From Sphaerodactylus townsendi (lineage: Eukaryota), in assembly GCF_021028975.2 (NCBI RefSeq), contig NC_059437.1:38006001-38070000 (forward strand): DNA of 64,000 nucleotides. The letters run 5' to 3'. The number at the start of each line of letters is the position of its first letter. Position 1 is the first letter of the stretch. Both the position numbers and the translations under genes were made by a program. Positions 12,963-23,591 of the stretch are shown one piece after another. The notes under the pieces are model-generated. The model worked only from the letters and a program-made list of their open reading frames with translations. It had not been told where the DNA came from and searched no databases.

Positions 12963-13241
12963 CTGTATTGTCAAAGGGTTGTTGTGAGTTTTCTGGGCTG
13001 TGTGGTAGATCTTGTTCCTAACGTTTCACCTGCATCTGTGGCTGGCATCTTCAGAGGTGTATCACAGAGAGAAGTCTGTTATACACTGTGTCTGTTATAC
13101 CTGGACACAGTGTATTATAGTGTATAACACTTCTCTCTGTGATACACCTCTGAAGATGCCAGCCACAGATGCAGGCGAAACACTGGGAACAAGATCCACC
13201 AGACCACAGCCACACAGTCCGGAAAGTCCACAACCACCCAG
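12963..13241. mobile_element. Penelope-like inverted pLTR pair with hammerhead motifs
   Basis: Long inverted repeat, 11-bp TSD tccaggctaga. Confidence 0.75.
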
Positions 13242-13529
13242 TCCAGGCTAGAAAATTTCTGGAAATTTGGGAATGGAACCTGGGGGAGGCTTTGGGAAGC
13301 GGAGCAACCCCAGTTTTTTTTTTTGGGGGGGGGTCTAATGTCATAGACTTCACAACTCTGTTGTCTGGAGATCAGTCATAATTCCGAGAGATCTCCAAAC
13401 CCCACCTGGAGACGGGCAACGTTGTCCAACAGAGGAGAGGGATACAGTTCAAGGGCGAAGAGAGGAAACACACACAACACAACCACACACACGCTCCGAG
13501 AAGGTAAAAACGCCTCCCTTTCCGTTCCC

Positions 13530-13770
13530 TCTTACCGCGCTCGCCGGCAAGTTCTCTTGGATCACTCACGAGTACTCCAAACCGGATGTTCCGGAATCGG
13601 GGAGTCAACGAGTTGCAGTTGCTAGAGTGTCAACGCCAGTCCTCATGCGACCCCCAGTGGAGGGTCTTGGGAAAGAGTCGTTCGTCTGTGCGTTGTGAAT
13701 TGTTTGCCTTTCAGTTCAGCGCTGGAAGCCGCGTTAAACAGGAGCGTTATTATCTATGGCGCTTTAACAG
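13530..13770 (-). promoter_or_regulatory. THOC5: THOC5 promoter / non-coding exon 1
   Basis: Local CpG enrichment, ETS-type CCGGAT/CCGGAA motifs at ~13582-13596, and minus-strand donors GGTAAG (~13531-13536) and GTGAGT (~13564-13569), about 1.2 kb upstream of the ATG exon. Confidence 0.7.
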
Positions 13771-14524
13771 ATGAAAGGATGTTTAGTGTACCCAGGAGAG
13801 CTGGATGGATTCCCCTCCCCCTTTCCAGATGCTTCATCAGCTGAAGAGTCCATGATGCTCGAACTAGTGCAGCATCAATGTCTCGTGCTGATATGGTGTT
13901 CTTTTCTATTGCATTCCTCTTTTTATTGGAAGCAAAGCAAAGGTGCGGATGTATCTTGAGCAATTGTTGTGTCTCGATCCTTGAAACAATAAACAGGCTC
14001 TGGATTGTTGATCAGTCGTGTTAATTGGAAAGGTAACGAAGCACCCAGCTTGCAAGAAGCCAGTTCTGCCAGACCTGGCTTTTGTGACCCCCTTTATCCA
14101 GAAATGACCCCCCCCCCCGTTTCCCCAAAGAATGTGAGAAAGGGTTACATTGGAGCATAAGCGCCCCAAGGTCAGCAACAGATAGAGATAAAGCCACCTG
14201 GCCTTCTACCCCCACAGAGCAGCAGAAACATCCTGTTTCCCATGGGAGTAGAGAGTGTCAGGGATAAGCCAAGTTATCTACCAAGCGTGTGAAACCATGA
14301 AAGCAGGATCAAGGAAAGAATGTTCCATTAACACAGTGGTTACATTTAACAGGCAAAGTACATATATCTAAAAGCAGTTACAATGACAGGAATGCATCGT
14401 AGTCACCCAGATTAAGGGGTCCTTGGAAACACCTTCTGCTCCAACAAATAACCAGGACTAGCATTTTGCTTTGCTGAAAAGGTAAATGGGCACCTAGGGG
14501 CACACTGGTGGGCGTCATGATACC

Positions 14525-14820
14525 CAGCGTGGTGTAGTGGTTAAGATCAGGTGGATTCTAATCTGGAGAACCGGGTTTGATTCCCTACTCCTCCACCTGA
14601 GTGGCAGAGGCTTATCTGGTGAGCCAGGTGTGTTTCCGCACTCCCTCAATCCTGCTGGGTGACCTTGGGCTAGTCACAGTTCTTCTGAACTCTCACAGCC
14701 CCACCTACTTCACAAGGTGTCTGTTGTGGGGAGAGGAAGGGAAAGGCGCTTGTAAGCCACCTTGAGTCTCCTTACAGGAGAGAAAGGTGGGGTGTAAATC
14801 CAAACTCCTCCTCTTCCTCC
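14525..14820 (+). mobile_element. tRNA-derived SINE
   Basis: A/B boxes, CTC/CTT tail. Confidence 0.85.
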
Positions 14821-15788
14821 TTAATTATTGTTCCCTTTAATTGTCTCCTCTCTACACCTAACATTAGCCCAAAGAGATAATTCCAGAAGTGATGAGCAGA
14901 TTCAAGACTAATTTAAAGAGTTAATTCACAAGTTCAGAACAACGGGCATTCACAGTCACAGAATCCCAGAACTGAAAGCGGGGTCAGTGCTGAAGAAGGA
15001 AAAATGCCTGCGTACAAAAAAAGTAAATTCAATGGGAATGTACACTGAATGTGAAGGAGATCACATGTGTGTAAATGGAGAAGAAATGGCTGAGTTTCTT
15101 CTCTAGACTCTGCTCTTCCAGGCATCAATCCCACATATCGAAAAATTTCCCGGGCTGAAGTTGGCAGCCCTATTTGGAGAGCACCTGGAAAAGCTGTAGG
15201 TCCAGGTACAGCCAGAACCTGTATAAAAGGCATCCAGGGAGTCCCGTGGATGTCACCATGGGTTCAGTGGTTCAAACACAGACAAGTCAGTATTATTCTT
15301 GATTACATTTTTGCCTTCTTTTCCTCTGAGAAGCCCACAGTATTAAACAGGTCTCCCTCACACACCCGTTTCATCCTCACAACCACCCCGCAAAAGGGAG
15401 CCATGGCTCAGGGTTGCCCAGCAGGTTTCATGGCTCAGTGGGCATCTGAACCCGAATTTCCCAGATACTAATTTAGGTTCCTTCTGCACATGCAGAATAA
15501 TGCACTTTCAGTCCACTTTCAATGCACTTTGAAGCTGGATTTTACTGTGCGGAATAGTAAAATCTACTTGCAAACAATTGTGAAAGTGGATTGAAAGTGC
15601 ATTGTCCTACATGTGCAGAAGGGGCCTAAGGGGCACTGTAATCACACCAGCCCTCGGCCTGCCTCCTTTTTCTAACTTCCCCCTAGAAACAGGCACTGAG
15701 GAAAAATCAACATGTCCAGATGGGGCTTTGTAAAATAGACAGAACGCAAAAGAAAACACAGTAAACAAAAACAGTATAGATGCCTAAT

Positions 15789-15794
15789 TTTATT
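15789..15794 (-). terminator. Polyadenylation signal of the sPLA2 gene
   Basis: AATAAA on the minus strand ~170 nt after the stop, followed by a T/GT-rich downstream tract. Confidence 0.7.
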
Positions 15795-15961
15795 AGAGGG
15801 TGACCCCTTTGCTATAAGGAAACCTTAACACATTCTCCCTTGTATTCCTAACTCTATCCTTTCTGTTCTCCGCAAAAGTGTTTGAGAGATCCTGCTCAGG
15901 GAAACAGCCTATACAAAGACTGAGCAAAAGTCTGATTCCTGTGCACTTGTGCAGGTGAGTT

Positions 15962-16083
15962 TCAATTGCAGAATTCGCTGGTGTCCAGTTTCCTGTATTC
16001 CTCATTGTACGAAGCTCCCGCAAAGCAGATAGCAGCACTTCGGTCGCAGTCGCAGATAAATGCTGCACATGGGTCATTCTCTT
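15962..16083 (-). CDS. PLA2G1B: sPLA2 exon 4 ([16 protein letters not shown]...FCN*)
   Basis: 122 nt to TGA, cccag acceptor. Confidence 0.95.
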
Positions 16084-19000
16084 CTGGGGAGGGAATGAGA
16101 AGAGAATTGTGGATGACTTCTCGGAGGAGTGGGCGTGTGTCGGAAAACAACCCACCCCCTTTTCTCCAACAGCAAAAAGCTGAGATCATTCTTCCTCATT
16201 AGGAAGAATTCTCGCCAGCATTAAAAATAGGAAAACAAAAATCTCTGGGGTAGCTTTGTAGCTTGTATGCATAAAGGCTCAAGTTCATCCACCACCATCT
16301 TTGCTGGGAATATTTTCGAGCCGTACAGCTGGGAAGGGCTGCTGCATGACTAGAGTAAACAGGAGAAGTGATCTGCAGGGCCAAGCGTATATACTGAAAA
16401 TTACATAGAAATGTTTCTTTCATGTTTATGGTGGCCACCTAAATATTGGGTTCTGAAATACCTGGAGATTTTGGGAGGTGAAACCTGAGGGGGGTGGGGT
16501 TTGGGGCGGGGAAGGACCTCAGCAGGGTATAGTACCATTGAGGCCACCCTCCGAAGCAGCCATTTTCTCCAGATGAACTGATCGATGGAGACCTCCTGGA
16601 GATCAACTTCTGGAGACCTCCAGATGCCAATTGGAAGGTAGCAGCCCCATTGGCGAGACCTTTCCCAGCTCAAGCTCGGATCCCTACAATCCTTTCAAAC
16701 TAAATATATGGAGGATGAAGGGAGCATCTTGAGCAGGTCTACTCATGAGTAAATCCATTTTTAATTCAATGGAGCTTACTCTGAGGAAAGTGTTATCAGG
16801 ACTGCAGCTTAAGCCCAGAGGAGGCTGCAAGCAAAGTATGCGCTTTGTCCCTACGAATAAGTATCCTGTGAAGATGTATGTTACCGCTGCAGGTGATATC
16901 ACTGCCAGAGCAGCTGTAGACGTAGGTCTTTGTGTAAGGGTTGTCCATGAGGAATTTGCAATCACGGTGTTTAAGGGCATCTCCATAGCAGTTGTCATGA
17001 GTCTGGCAACACCTGTTCGGCAAGCAGAAGCATTCAGACCATCCACAGAATTTACCAAAAGTTTAAGAGTAGCCCATGTTGGATCAGACCAAGTTCCATC
17101 TAGCCTTGCGTTATGTTTGCAACAGTGCCCACCTAGCTCCCAACCCAGGAAGTATGAAAGCAGGACATGAAAATGTTGGCTCTCTTGTTTGGGGGTCTCC
17201 AAGCTTTTCGAGTCTGTAAGCTCACATCAGTTTCCAAGATGGTATGGTGAATACTACCCTAAAATGGTTCTCACAGGAGAAAAAGTAAAACCCAACATGG
17301 CTGCTGCAGCAGGCGCAGCCTAATGCAACACCTCATGTTGTGAAAGAATCAGAGAAGAGGTATAAAAAGAAAGAAAGAAAAGCTGAAAAGAAGGAAAAAA
17401 ACACGAGGGGAGGGGTGGGGTGAGGGGAACAAAATATAAAGGAAGGCTTGAGAAGGAAATGAAATCATACACTAACTACGGAGAGCCTGGGTGCTTACCA
17501 ATCCTGATTCTTCAGTGGCTGTGGCTGCTGTTGCAGTCAAGCATACAGTACCGTTGGGTCAGATTCTTAATTGTGCATGCTTTCCCCCCCCTCTTCAGAA
17601 CTCACCATGCTGCAGATCAGAGAAGCCTCATGGTTTCTAAGAGCTAATAAAGCACGATTTTCCCCCCTGCCTACTCAGGGAAAACTGAGTAGAGCATTAT
17701 GAATTTTGCTTCCTTTGGCCTTTCCTCTCTGCCTTTCCCTGCCCACACAGGAGCAGTTCTGTTGGCATTTCTGGGGGATCAGTAGGGCTCCTTTTTGATT
17801 TGTTTAACAAATTAAACATTGTCAATCTACCTAAATCATAAACAGGCGGCAAACAACCACTCTCAGGGGATAGGCAAATTGGTGGCTAGGCATGTGGGAA
17901 GCATGAGGTCTTTTCCTCCCCTGTGAACGTGGAAACAGAGGGAAGATTCCACTGTGAAGCACACAGCCACACCAAAAACTGTAAGTGCACAAAGTGAACT
18001 CTTAGTGTAAATACTTAGAAGTGAAGTTTGGAATGCCGATCCTCTAACTGACTACATCACGAGTAGGTATTTTAAAACAACATCTATTTCATAAAGCCAT
18101 ATAAGGAGAAGATGCAATGGCTAGTAAAGTGAATGCATTTGTAACAAGGAACTTATTTACCTGTCCAGGTCATCCACTGGAGTCCCACTTCCGCCAAGGC
18201 CACAGTAGCAGCCATAGTTCGTGTAATCCTTCAGTGGGTCGCTGCTTGGAATGGTGCATTTTATCATGTTATGGAATTGCAGTAAGTTCCGAAAGGAGGG
18301 GCCGATGGCTGCACTCAGCGTGCCAACTAAGCAAGAGACAAATTTATCAGAAGATTACACATGCAAGGCCCAAGCCAGTTATTTAAATAGCTGAAGGACT
18401 CTTCTTTTCCTCCTTGACCCCAACAGGAGGTGCATCTCCAAAAGGTTCTCTTTTAAATGGTGAAAGACTCTGAGTCACCGGTGTCAAAGACGCCTGCCCT
18501 TTGAGTGTGTGCTTGTCACCTGTTTGGCCATGCCTCTAATGGCATGAAGGAAAGCAGCAACTCATGTAGATACACAGCGGTACCCAGATGTCCCCAAGTT
18601 AAGGAGGGATAGTATTAAGTTGTGGTATGGTTATGACTGGCCCATTCCCCCCACCCCAAAAGATCTGCTTGCAATGACAGTATGTTTAGACGTTCCCCTG
18701 AACCAGCTACATGGAATTTGTCAATTGTGGTTGAGGATCTTACATAATGCTGCTAAGTCTGTTTTGGGATCATGTACAGCCATGCATGATCTGTGTGTAG
18801 TGTCCCAAGATTGAAGAAGAAGAGAAGAGTTTGGATTTATACCACACCTTTTTCTCCTGTAAGGAGACTCAAGGTGGCTTACAAGCTCCTTTCCCCTCCT
18901 CTCCCCACAACAGACACCTTGTGAGGTAGGTAAGACTGAGAGAGTTCTGAGAGAACTGTGACTAGCCCAAGGTCACCCAGCAGTAATGTAGGAGTGCGGA

Positions 19001-21613
19001 AACACATCTGGTTCACCAGATAAGCCTCTGCCACTCAGGTGGAGGTGTGTGGAATCAAACCCGGTTCTCCAGACTAGAATCCACTTGCTCTTAACCACTA
19101 CACCACGCTGGCTCTCAAGATATCCTGGGGTCAACCTCTCAAGCCAGGTAGCAAAATGTGAGCCATCTTTGTTTAGAGAGGGTATATGTGTTAACTTTAT
19201 CATATTTAATTTTTCAAATATATCCCATCTGTTCCAAGGTTATACATCAATGCTCCATTTGTACTTAAGATCTCAAAAGAAAAGAAAAACACCCACAATT
19301 GACAGGAGATAGAATGGAAAGCCTATCAATAATCACAGCGAAAAGGCTTTGGTATTTCATTATTACTTGGTGCCCAAAGAAATCAATGAAAGCACTTAGC
19401 AAATGTTCCTGGGGAGGAATTTCACAGGTGCAAGGAAGGCAGGAGAGGAAGGAAGAAACCCCAGTAGAAACCCATCAACTCTTTGGGGGAGGAAGTGCCT
19501 GGAATGTGGCTTTGAAAGATAACAAGGGGGCCGGTTCCTAACAGAGAAGGCTGCCCTTCAACTGAACTGCCTGGTCCAAGGCCACACAGAGTTTTACAGA
19601 GCAAAGTCAGCACTTTGACCAGAGAAGGGAAAAAAATAGAAAGCTAGCATTGCAATAGGACCAAGTTCCACTTAGCAGTCTTGTTCTGGCCCAGTTGCAG
19701 CTTTCTAATACTTCTTATTAGTAGCTCTGCGGAAAGAAGAAGAGTTTGGATTTATATCCCCCCTTTCTTTCCTGCAGGAGACTCAAAGGGGCCTACAATC
19801 TCCTTGCCCTTCCCCGCTCACAACAAACACCCTGTGAGGTAGGTGGGGCTGAGAGAGCTCTGAGAAGCTGTGACTTGCCCAAGGTCACCCAGCTGGTGTG
19901 TGTGGGAGTGTACAGGCTAATCTGAATTCCCCAGATAAGCCTCCACAGCTCAGGCGGCAGAGCGGAGAATCAAACCCGGTTCATCCAGATTAGATTCACG
20001 AGCTCTTAAAACTCCTACGCCAGTGGCAAATAGAAGCTGTTGCTGAAACATGAAGCCAACTCTGGACAAACAGGTGTTGAGGATTTGGGCTGTGTCTTGG
20101 GAGCAAAGCTGGATCTAGAAAAAGGAGTCGGATTTTTATGCTCCACTTTTCTCTACCCTTAAGGATTCTTTCAGTGTCTTACAATCGCCTCCCCTTCCCC
20201 TCAACAGACACCTTGAGAGGGAGGTGGAATTGAAAGAATTTGGAAAGAATTGTGACTAGTCCAGGATCACCCAGTAGGCTGCATATGGAAGAATGGGGAA
20301 CCTAATCTGGTTCTCCAGATTAGAATCTGCAGTTTATGTGGAGGAATGGGGAATCAAACCTGGTTCTCCAAATCAGTGTCTGATACTCTTAACCACTAGC
20401 CATGCAGGTTCTGAAAAGCACCCGCATTTCGCAGACCTTGTGCTTAAAGCCATGTGAAGCTGGCTGAATATAATCTTCAACTAAACTATTTACTACCTCC
20501 ACTTTGTCTGAATTTAGCAACCAGTCGTAGCCCAACTTGATGTCTTGACTGAGTTGTCCCCAACATCCATTTAGAAATCTTCAACATTCCTTGGGGGTTA
20601 ATGTTTGTGTAAACACAGCCCACCTCCCTTGAGGAAAGAGAAACACTCACCTGGATTTCAGAGGCTGGAAATGCACGTAGGCATTTCTTTACCCATAAGG
20701 ACTGAACAAAATATCACACAAGCAGCAACGCAGAAAGATTGAGGATTGTCTTGTTGGTTTGTGGGAAATTTCCACCCAACAGCTATATTGCACAACAGCC
20801 TTTTTTTTGTGTGTTCAAAGCCACCAACATTTCACAAAATAAAAAGCATTCAAGGTTCACAGAACTCTTCATTGGGCTGAACATTCAATACAAAAAATGG
20901 GAGCGGGGTGGAGAATTGAAGGTGTGATGAAGAAGCCGATTGTCTGCAATTTGAGACTGTCAACATGCTCTAATATTTTCATTCCCCTTTTTTGTACTGG
21001 CTGTTGTTTCTCCAGGCTATGTTGCCACAATCTGGTAGCTTTTGTTCCTAACACTTCACCCACATTTATGGCCGGCATCTTCAGAGGCCTGCTATTTTGT
21101 GATGTTTGAGTCAGTGTGAACAAAAGGGTATTTTATATACAATGGTATTCCCATTGATCTGTGTGACCACCACCAACAAGCCTTCTCAAATAGGACAGCA
21201 TGATAGGTAGGCAGATTTACAGTGCACACCTTTCTGTAGGTTCAGGGAGGTAACAAACATCAAAGAAAGCCCCTCCTAACAAAATAAGGTGCTCTCAATT
21301 TCATTTTCCTGACTCTATCTTGAACCTCAAGAGGTAAGTAGATACGATAAAGTTCCTCAAAGGTACTTGAGTCTGGCAAGTGTCCATCAGGAGGGATTTC
21401 CACAATGGGGAGGACCATGAAGAACATTGTCTGAGCTTTTCAGATGGCCAACTCGTAATGAAAGAGTTTAATGCAGCCATCATAATTAAAAAAACAACTT
21501 TCAAGTCCAAAATGAAAGTCATTCTAAAGTAAAACTGTGTCCTTTACCAACCCACTGTGCCTGGATAACTGTATCCTACCTGTTGCCAGGAGAAAGAGAA
21601 AGATGAAGTTCAT
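15962..21613 (-). CDS. PLA2G1B: Group IB-like secreted phospholipase A2 (PLA2G1B-like), complete, 149 aa precursor
   Basis: Exons 21580-21613 (34 nt), 18161-18326 (166), 16885-17012 (128), 15962-16083 (122) give [149 protein letters not shown]. Contains the Ca-loop YGCYCGxGG, H48/D49/Y52/D99, the group I C11-C77 pair and the pancreatic loop 62-66. Family is certain; strict orthology to PLA2G1B is not shown. Confidence 0.93.
16885..17012 (-). CDS. PLA2G1B: sPLA2 exon 3 (CCQTHDNCY active site, pancreatic loop)
   Basis: 128 nt, acag/gtaaca. Confidence 0.95.
18161..18326 (-). CDS. PLA2G1B: sPLA2 exon 2 (propeptide, NLLQF..., Ca-binding loop)
   Basis: 166 nt, cttag/gtaaat; not reported in the ORF track. 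Confidence 0.95.
18814..19112 (-). mobile_element. tRNA-derived SINE in sPLA2 intron 1
   Basis: Same family as 172-460. Confidence 0.85.
19735..20022 (-). mobile_element. tRNA-derived SINE (a more diverged copy follows at ~20120-20400)
   Basis: Same family. Confidence 0.8.
21580..21613 (-). CDS. PLA2G1B: sPLA2 exon 1, signal peptide ([11 protein letters not shown])
   Basis: 34 nt phase-1 exon, same size as recalled for human PLA2G1B exon 1; hydrophobic; ACAG|gtagga donor; TATA ~50 nt upstream. Confidence 0.85.
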
Positions 21614-21659
21614 CCTGCAAGCAAAGTACAGCAGGAAAGACTATATGAATAATCATAGG

Positions 21660-21815
21660 GCTCTTTTATATCATGGCCTTGCCTTGGGCCCCCAGATCCA
21701 AGATAACAAGAGGAAGTTGTTTGCCTTTCCATAAGCAGCCCTGTTTTGTCAAATGGCGATGTGGGTCGTAAGCGATTAAACCAAGGCCATCGGCAAAGCA
21801 GCCATTTATTTGCTG
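21660..21815 (-). promoter_or_regulatory. sPLA2 proximal promoter (TATA plus NR5A/GATA/FOXA motifs)
   Basis: TATAAAA 21670-21664; CAAGGCCA at 21681-21674 (-) and CCAAGGCCA at 21781-21789 (+); AGATAA 21701-21706; TGTTTGC 21718-21724. Confidence 0.6.
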
Positions 21816-23526
21816 AGAGGTTGGCTGTCAGGTTTTCTGCCTTGAAATTTTGTTTGTGAAGTAGAATGTAATTCTGCTACACAGTGTTGCACAGGGCATA
21901 TTTTCTAAGGATCTGTGATGTGTTCATACTTCTAAAAATGACCTAATTTATGTAAAGATATAAATTATGTAAATTATACCCAGTTTTCTTCCCATATAGG
22001 AGCCCATTGTGGTTTATATTGTTTCTCTCTCAGCAGTTCAGAAGATTTGCTGCAGAGCTGTAAAACTTTGCCACCCAATTGCTGTGAACATTTGACTCCA
22101 AAGATGTGGAATGTTAACATATAACCCCCTCCCCCCAAAAAAAACCCTGCTCAAAAAGACAGACCACCATATTAAATATTTAATTACATGTGTAGTTAGT
22201 TAGGCTGGTTACCAAAATAATGTTTCCCTTCAAAAAGACTGTTTCCTTGCAAGACTGCTTTCATTAGTCCACTCCACCTGCCGTGCACCGCATGCTTGTC
22301 AAGAGATCTGACGTCCCTGACTCTAGCCCCTCCTACCTCATTGTGAGCTCAGCTAGAGGTATTCTGGAAGTGGGAAAAATAAATTGTAGGCAGAAAGGCA
22401 GACAGCGAAGGTTGTTACACATTCCTAAAACTCTGCCTCGGTCTTGTGCATTTCCATAGAGAGGTTTAGAGCTGGCAAGAGAAACAGCTCCTAGCTCCAA
22501 AACTGGGGGGACAGGGAGAATTTAGACAGCTCCACTTCATCCAGGACCACTTCCTTTGCTAGCTGACAATGCATGATAGGGCACTCTTGTCCTGGTGCCT
22601 CGGTTGGAACCCCAGAAACTTGGACGAGCCCAATGAGGTACAGTGAGACGAGATCAATAGCAGCTACGCAAAATATCAGATCAAGGCTTAGCTACTCTGG
22701 GAGGTAGGAAAAGATGCCACTGGGGGGAGAGGGGAAGAAAGAGATTGAAGAACATCAAACAGCCAATATAAAAAGTAAAGGGGACGGGAATGATTAATCA
22801 TCTCTCATCCCAAAACTGTCTTTGGAGTCTCACCTCTTGGAAGACAAGCCAATCTTCTAGTCGCTTTGTCCCAGGGAAGAGGAATGTACAGCCATTGGTG
22901 GTTGGATAAACACCTCTGGCTATGGTATGCCCAACGAATTGGATAGTGTGACATTTTAATGAAATTTGGTTTCCCCCACCCTAGAGCACACTATTCCATC
23001 ATGCAGCTCACCAAGTAAGATTCCAGGTCAGAGGAATGCCAGTGAAGACTTGCTGGACAAATGTCCAGGACTACACCCTCGCCCCCTCCGAAATGACCAT
23101 AAGCAGGAGGAACTAGGCACAAAATGTTCCTATTTTCATACAGTTCTTCTTGCATTTAGCAGAGCTTCTAGATGAAGTCTTAGGCTGTCAGGAATGTGTC
23201 GAGTGCAGAGTGTTCATTCAGCTGGTCCCCAAGGAAATCATTTCCGGAGCACGTCTTACGACCAGCAGGCCACCCAACTTCGGGCTCCAAGCAGAGTTTG
23301 CTGTGAGCCTAGCACAGAGGCTGTCTGGCACACACTGTCCTGGTCAGAGGCCAGCAGCCTGATGAAAAAGGGGTGGAAATTCATACAGCTTACAAATGAA
23401 GCAACAGGAGAAGGGGCTGGGCAAACGGAGGTGGGAAGGGAATGTAGAGATGGCAAGACTAATTTCTTTCTGTACAGCTGCTGAGACTAGCGGTTGACAG
23501 AGGGGTGCCTAGATGGGAAGACAGCA

Positions 23527-23591
23527 TCACTGCAAAGGTGAGATCTTCAAGGGAATCATTATCCGAGACTCCATGCTCCGAACCAGAGGTA
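23527..23591 (-). CDS. NIPSNAP1: NIPSNAP1 exon 10 (coding part)
   Basis: 65 nt, [20 protein letters not shown]. Confidence 0.95.

Noticed and set aside
14525-14600. tRNA-like sequence with A and B boxes
   Set aside because: SINE head repeated more than 12 times; no cloverleaf or anticodon arm.
16684-17202. 172-aa (-) and 141-aa (+) ORFs
   Set aside because: Alternate or antisense frames over PLA2 exon 3 and a CR1 remnant.
20651-20760. Candidate PLA2 signal-peptide exon 1
   Set aside because: In-frame TGA in the required phase; 21580-21613 fits far better in size, phase, hydrophobicity and TATA.
13770-23500. A tandem array of PLA2 paralogs (venom-like cluster)
   Set aside because: Only one set of PLA2 exons was found by eye between THOC5 and NIPSNAP1; no second CCxxHD or YGCYCG motif was seen.
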